Part shown: positions 61,201-64,000 of the stretch, piece by piece
How the letters are laid out: each line of letters begins with the position of its first letter
How positions within the stretch are numbered: the first letter of the stretch is position 1
Source of the DNA: Pseudovirgaria hyperparasitica
Taxonomy: Eukaryota
Direction: 5' to 3' (one strand)
Assembly (NCBI GenBank): GCA_010093815.1
Contig: ML996567.1
DNA length: 64,000 bases
The notes under the pieces: model-generated
Seen by the model: the letters and a program-made list of their open reading frames with translations, nothing else
Database searches by the model: none
Told to the model about the DNA's origin: nothing
Program-made: the position numbers and the translations under genes

Positions 61201-62357
61201 CGGTGAACAAATCCAAAGGGGACAGGAAGGGGTTTTTGGGAATCACTTTCTGGCTCGAATACTTGCTCCGTTCGTACGAGCCTTTCGTATTGCTCAGAGT
61301 AGTCATAATATAGGGGCCCACCTTGAGCAGTGGGACCTCCAGAGTCATCAACGTCTCTTACGACAGTGGGGTCATGTATGAGCCCATAAGGAGAACAATC
61401 TCTTGGAGTTGTTGGAGCCGACGATGATGGAGGATTCGAAGATGTTTGTTTGTCAGGAGACGAGTCTTCGGCTGCGGTAGTATACCCGTTGGAAATGCTG
61501 AGGTTTGAGCAGATAGGCGCCATTCCCACGCCTACTGGAGCTGGCTCGAATGTCGCGTCGCGAGAAGGCTCTTCGAATTGGGTGAAGTGGTTGTTTGTAG
61601 ATCTACTCGATACCTCTGGGAATGGCATGCGTTCCTTAGACTGCAGAGGATATGGTTTTGCGTAATGCTGAGTCCTGGGCATTGGTGCAAAGGCTGTAAC
61701 AAATGCAGGTTGACCATGTCTACCCGGTGGAAAGCCATTCGTCTCACTTAAAGCTGGAGATACGGGGCGATAGCCAGGGCGTTTGAGCCTAGTGGGATAT
61801 CTGAAGGGCGACCTAGGTCTGGAGATGGTCTCATGGCTACGAAGACTTGAGAAGGATGCTTGATTCGACAACGAGATTGGTGGCTCCGTATTGGTCAATG
61901 AAAACGATCGAGCGTCCTTTGAGATCGCTGGAGGTGGTAGCATCGCCAAACAATCCGTGTAGCCCATCAAAGCTGGTGTTTGCAGTTCATAAGACAGCTG
62001 TGGGACAGTGCCGTTACCATTGCTATTTGTAGATCTTCTGGAGGAAGCAGAAGGACAAGGTCTATGACGTGAGCCATGCTTCGAAACATGAGAGTGCGTT
62101 GAACTAATCGAATTATGTGCAGTGTGGCTCCGACGATTGCTTTGCCTTGGCAGAGGAGGCAAACGCGAGTTCCCAGAAAAGGTGCCCAGATCTCCCAGCT
62201 CTGTTGAAGTTTTGAGCATACTCATCACTCCAGCACCACCGGGCACTGAATCCGTTTTTGGTCCATGGGACTTCGCAAAACCGCGGCTGTTCGTAGATGT
62301 GGTTGACGTTCGACTTGTCCTCCCGCTGACGTTAGGATCCCTATCCGTGAGGGGCAT
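58275..62357 (-). CDS. Large Ser/Pro-rich hypothetical protein, 1360 aa
   Basis: 4-kb stop-free ORF with short motif-like islands (MSMLKTSTELGD, YPTRLKRPGYRPVSPALS, YYDYSEQY, RPWNNDNNYPW, DPGDRYPTTGL). Confidence 0.85.
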   Translation of the reverse strand: MPLTDRDPNVSGRTSRTSTTSTNSRGFAKSHGPKTDSVPGGAGVMSMLKTSTELGDLGTFSGNSRLPPLPRQSNRRSHTAHNSISSTHSHVSKHGSRHRPCPSASSRRSTNSNGNGTVPQLSYELQTPALMGYTDCLAMLPPPAISKDARSFSLTNTEPPISLSNQASFSSLRSHETISRPRSPFRYPTRLKRPGYRPVSPALSETNGFPPGRHGQPAFVTAFAPMPRTQHYAKPYPLQSKERMPFPEVSSRSTNNHFTQFEEPSRDATFEPAPVGVGMAPICSNLSISNGYTTAAEDSSPDKQTSSNPPSSSAPTTPRDCSPYGLIHDPTVVRDVDDSGGPTAQGGPLYYDYSEQYERLVRTEQVFEPESDSQKPLPVPFGFVHRIKTILEERGTSSLPLVDGENLPMIIEPSGPVPIAELPAEDVVRPVELPADQKIKRITRELIVNALRSSDSGDDTGTSISTAIQNYIAQNESVASGSNSDVAAIASSVYTSSEKRNSALSETPSTQSASTAPEFLFEQHRKNEMSRASPSVPLMRSGPRAATKTCLTDTETIIDATHGTLEHISEPSSPEVSPRGQTQPLSAMRPASEAPQCSPQVVHVEGRFSAPPCASTTTWDVDTLTTPFVHRMQAIITGDDIFSEPSPTCNEDERVEQSEHCETDWPPTFASNMQTLDRPISSPPAVHTRAATPTICYPDSNKVSHHTWSYRKPYASSSYNVQSTLHIPGYLDGASTDMKLSAFRYPGTCLSDVKEESQEGSSLTESQRTSFKFPRTQKLHTRYSVEDLRRSGRTSALSEPVRGSSIQVQETGMIPLLNFSQVDLISKMNEELEVRSLRSADGMSGMLSYRDFLMPMPCRPKSSKTIRERYKSFFASLDEMGHGVEDSPTKRSRAADLCARSRSSSDAMDEVKRLSIPSVGGLAYRLSELLPSFKRYCAPSTPVKSGCSPTEAELSAGNGKVVHEQRSSRRLRALPGLSELVVLDDDVFERMTRKPNERALTSLPEENGEIDLGTAGDGKSTPIWELEAPLPAYLRVHTPPPIFEGDTTLDDSIRRSMALAKLKTRSPRDNRPWNNDNNYPWAGIEGQIEISLPEPVHSRQNSPQPVVKTSLSMLDHQDTGSNEALDLHNISGVGGSTNQDDSGLHEPVKRSVFGCIKDKMARSKPSCDTPTPMPAYSASPGIMGREDFAVDPGDRYPTTGLTPPSTFILDEVRSFFSDDSSQSRKRGIRRHFTSFRSRTRIAPVSRLVSTKDRRVDAGRNCSETPSVVNTAPDLEENDALALGQPFSGTSGMGRIEFRARKMVQRLKFILFKGRQWVRSLNTKRGQGRQKPRHGRAISIQRASHDHRDTTVGDGDVYMGT

Positions 62358-63251
62358 GGCCTATCGTGAGCGAAAGAAGCTCATGAGAATGCGAACGGGG
62401 TGAGGAAGGCAATATTCGAGAGAAAAGCTGTAGAGTTGGGGTGACAGATAATGGGTAAAGTGAACGAGAGTCGACAGCAAGAGTAGAAGATGATGGATTT
62501 CCAAAACAAAATGCTGGGGACGAGTCGAGCTCTGGACGAAAGAGTTGTTGTTGTAGGAAGGAAGACAAAGAGTGGAGAGAAGCTGAACTATTGTTGACAA
62601 AGTGTACAAGCGCTCTTGCTCACCAAAGGCATAGGACGCTCATGTCTATAGCGCATGCATGACAAGAGCGACAGCGCGACGAATAGTAGACAGTACCTAC
62701 TTCATCCATGAACTTCCTCCACCCAGGGCGACTTTCACAGTCCTTGGTAGCCTTGATAGATTCACACCCGGTGGCCATAGGTATGGAAAGTGTCAGCATG
62801 AATACGCGCCTACCTTAACTTCGTCCAGGTCGTGAGTCTCACGAGCATTAAAATGATAGGAGTCTCAGACTTTGACTCATGATGCGGTGTCTGTTAGTGC
62901 AAGCGTAAACCACTACTGTGGTGCCTGCCCATCCATATTCATGGCTACTACATATGAGAGATATCTGTACATACATCGACAATAGTGTGAGACATGTTGT
63001 GTAGACAAAAGATTGTTCTATACCTGTGATTACAGGGCGCAGTGATGTTCTGCTCGTCGGCATATTCTGACATTATGAAACTGAAGTAGTTTTGGTTACT
63101 GCGCTTCTACCAAGGCAGATCCGATTGCAAATGACCCCAAAGAACGCCAAGACTGGGTATTAGTATATATGAGATAGCGAGTGGGCGTCGTGATTCGTAA
63201 GAGGTCTTGACAGGCCGCGTTTCACGTGAACGCGGTCCGACGCATTGTCGT

Positions 63252-63947
63252 TCATCGCTTGAAAGGATTTCGAAACATACATCGCAGGCGTCCGTGAGAA
63301 GGCTTATTCTGATGACTCTTCTGACTTTGGCGACTCTGTCTTCCAGAAGGCGCGGCGCTATCGTGCCGTGGAAACGACGTCATGGGAAAGCATTCTGACG
63401 ATATCGTGTTCGGAGACTGCTCCATGAGCGTCCACAATGGAATGTGCTTTGATACACTCGCTGGGGCAGTACTTGGACGGGTGCTAGGGCCTGACACAGA
63501 CGTGACACCGCCTAACGATGCAGCCTTTGATTTTTTGTGTTTGACGAAGCGCGAAGACTCGTCATATTGACGTGCGACAAGTTCCTGGCTTGGTGATGGT
63601 TCCTCATAAGTTTGCGGTGGGGGGACGCTTCGAAAGAATGCAGCGAGCTCGGCAGTCGATTCTGCTCGCTGCTTATCACGAGGTTGGAGTTTGCCTAAGC
63701 CGGTGTTCTTGTAAGGTTTCGGACGGACTCTAGCATTGGCATTTGCATTTGAGGCGCCGCGCGCAGGAGTGCTATCGGCATTCATGACTTGCCGCAACGG
63801 CGTGGAAGGGGAGGAAACGGCGATTTCTGCTTTGCTGGGTAGAGCTGGAAGCGGTTTTTCCTTACGTCCCGACGAGGTACGCCCGGACGAGGACCGTGAG
63901 GTCGAGCTTCGCGACGACGACGTACGGCTTTGCTGCTTATGGCTTTG
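63252..63947 (-). CDS. Last exon of a hypothetical gene extending beyond the window
   Basis: Branch point and acceptor CTAAT...GTAG ending at 63948, then an open frame of 232 codons (including the stop); ESTAELAAFFRSVPPP motif. Confidence 0.6.
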   Translation of the reverse strand, partial: QSHKQQSRTSSSRSSTSRSSSGRTSSGRKEKPLPALPSKAEIAVSSPSTPLRQVMNADSTPARGASNANANARVRPKPYKNTGLGKLQPRDKQRAESTAELAAFFRSVPPPQTYEEPSPSQELVARQYDESSRFVKHKKSKAASLGGVTSVSGPSTRPSTAPASVSKHIPLWTLMEQSPNTISSECFPMTSFPRHDSAAPSGRQSRQSQKSHQNKPSHGRLRCMFRNPFKR

Positions 63948-64000
63948 CTACGTCGCATTAGAACAGCGTGACATGCGTGCCAGGAGACGGTATCGTATTG

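Overview
Filamentous ascomycete (Pezizomycotina-type) genomic DNA with short spliceosomal introns of about 45-65 nt. Conserved housekeeping genes lie on both sides: a protein tyrosine phosphatase on the left, and SHM2, a Nab3-like RRM protein, PTH4/ICT1, UTP6 and CWH43 on the right. Between them is an accessory secondary-metabolism region (about 9-33 kb) centred on a highly reducing polyketide synthase (KS-AT-DH-[no intact MT]-ER-KR-ACP, 21840-29663). The PKS is head-to-head with a Pth11/SAT4-like rhodopsin-domain membrane protein. Its other neighbours are a PTGR-like NADP-dependent ene-reductase, a Zn2Cys6 transcription factor and two decayed genes that the ORF track shows only as fragments (an FAD-dependent monooxygenase and a second Pth11-like gene). 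Most notably, the PKS reading frame appears to need a non-canonical GA-AG intron just before the KS catalytic Cys plus a GC-AG intron, and its ER cofactor motif is degenerate. The window also holds an O-methyltransferase, a dienelactone hydrolase, a metallophosphoesterase, a HET-domain gene, several unknown ORFs and simple repeats. All calls come from reading motifs by eye; no database searches were run.
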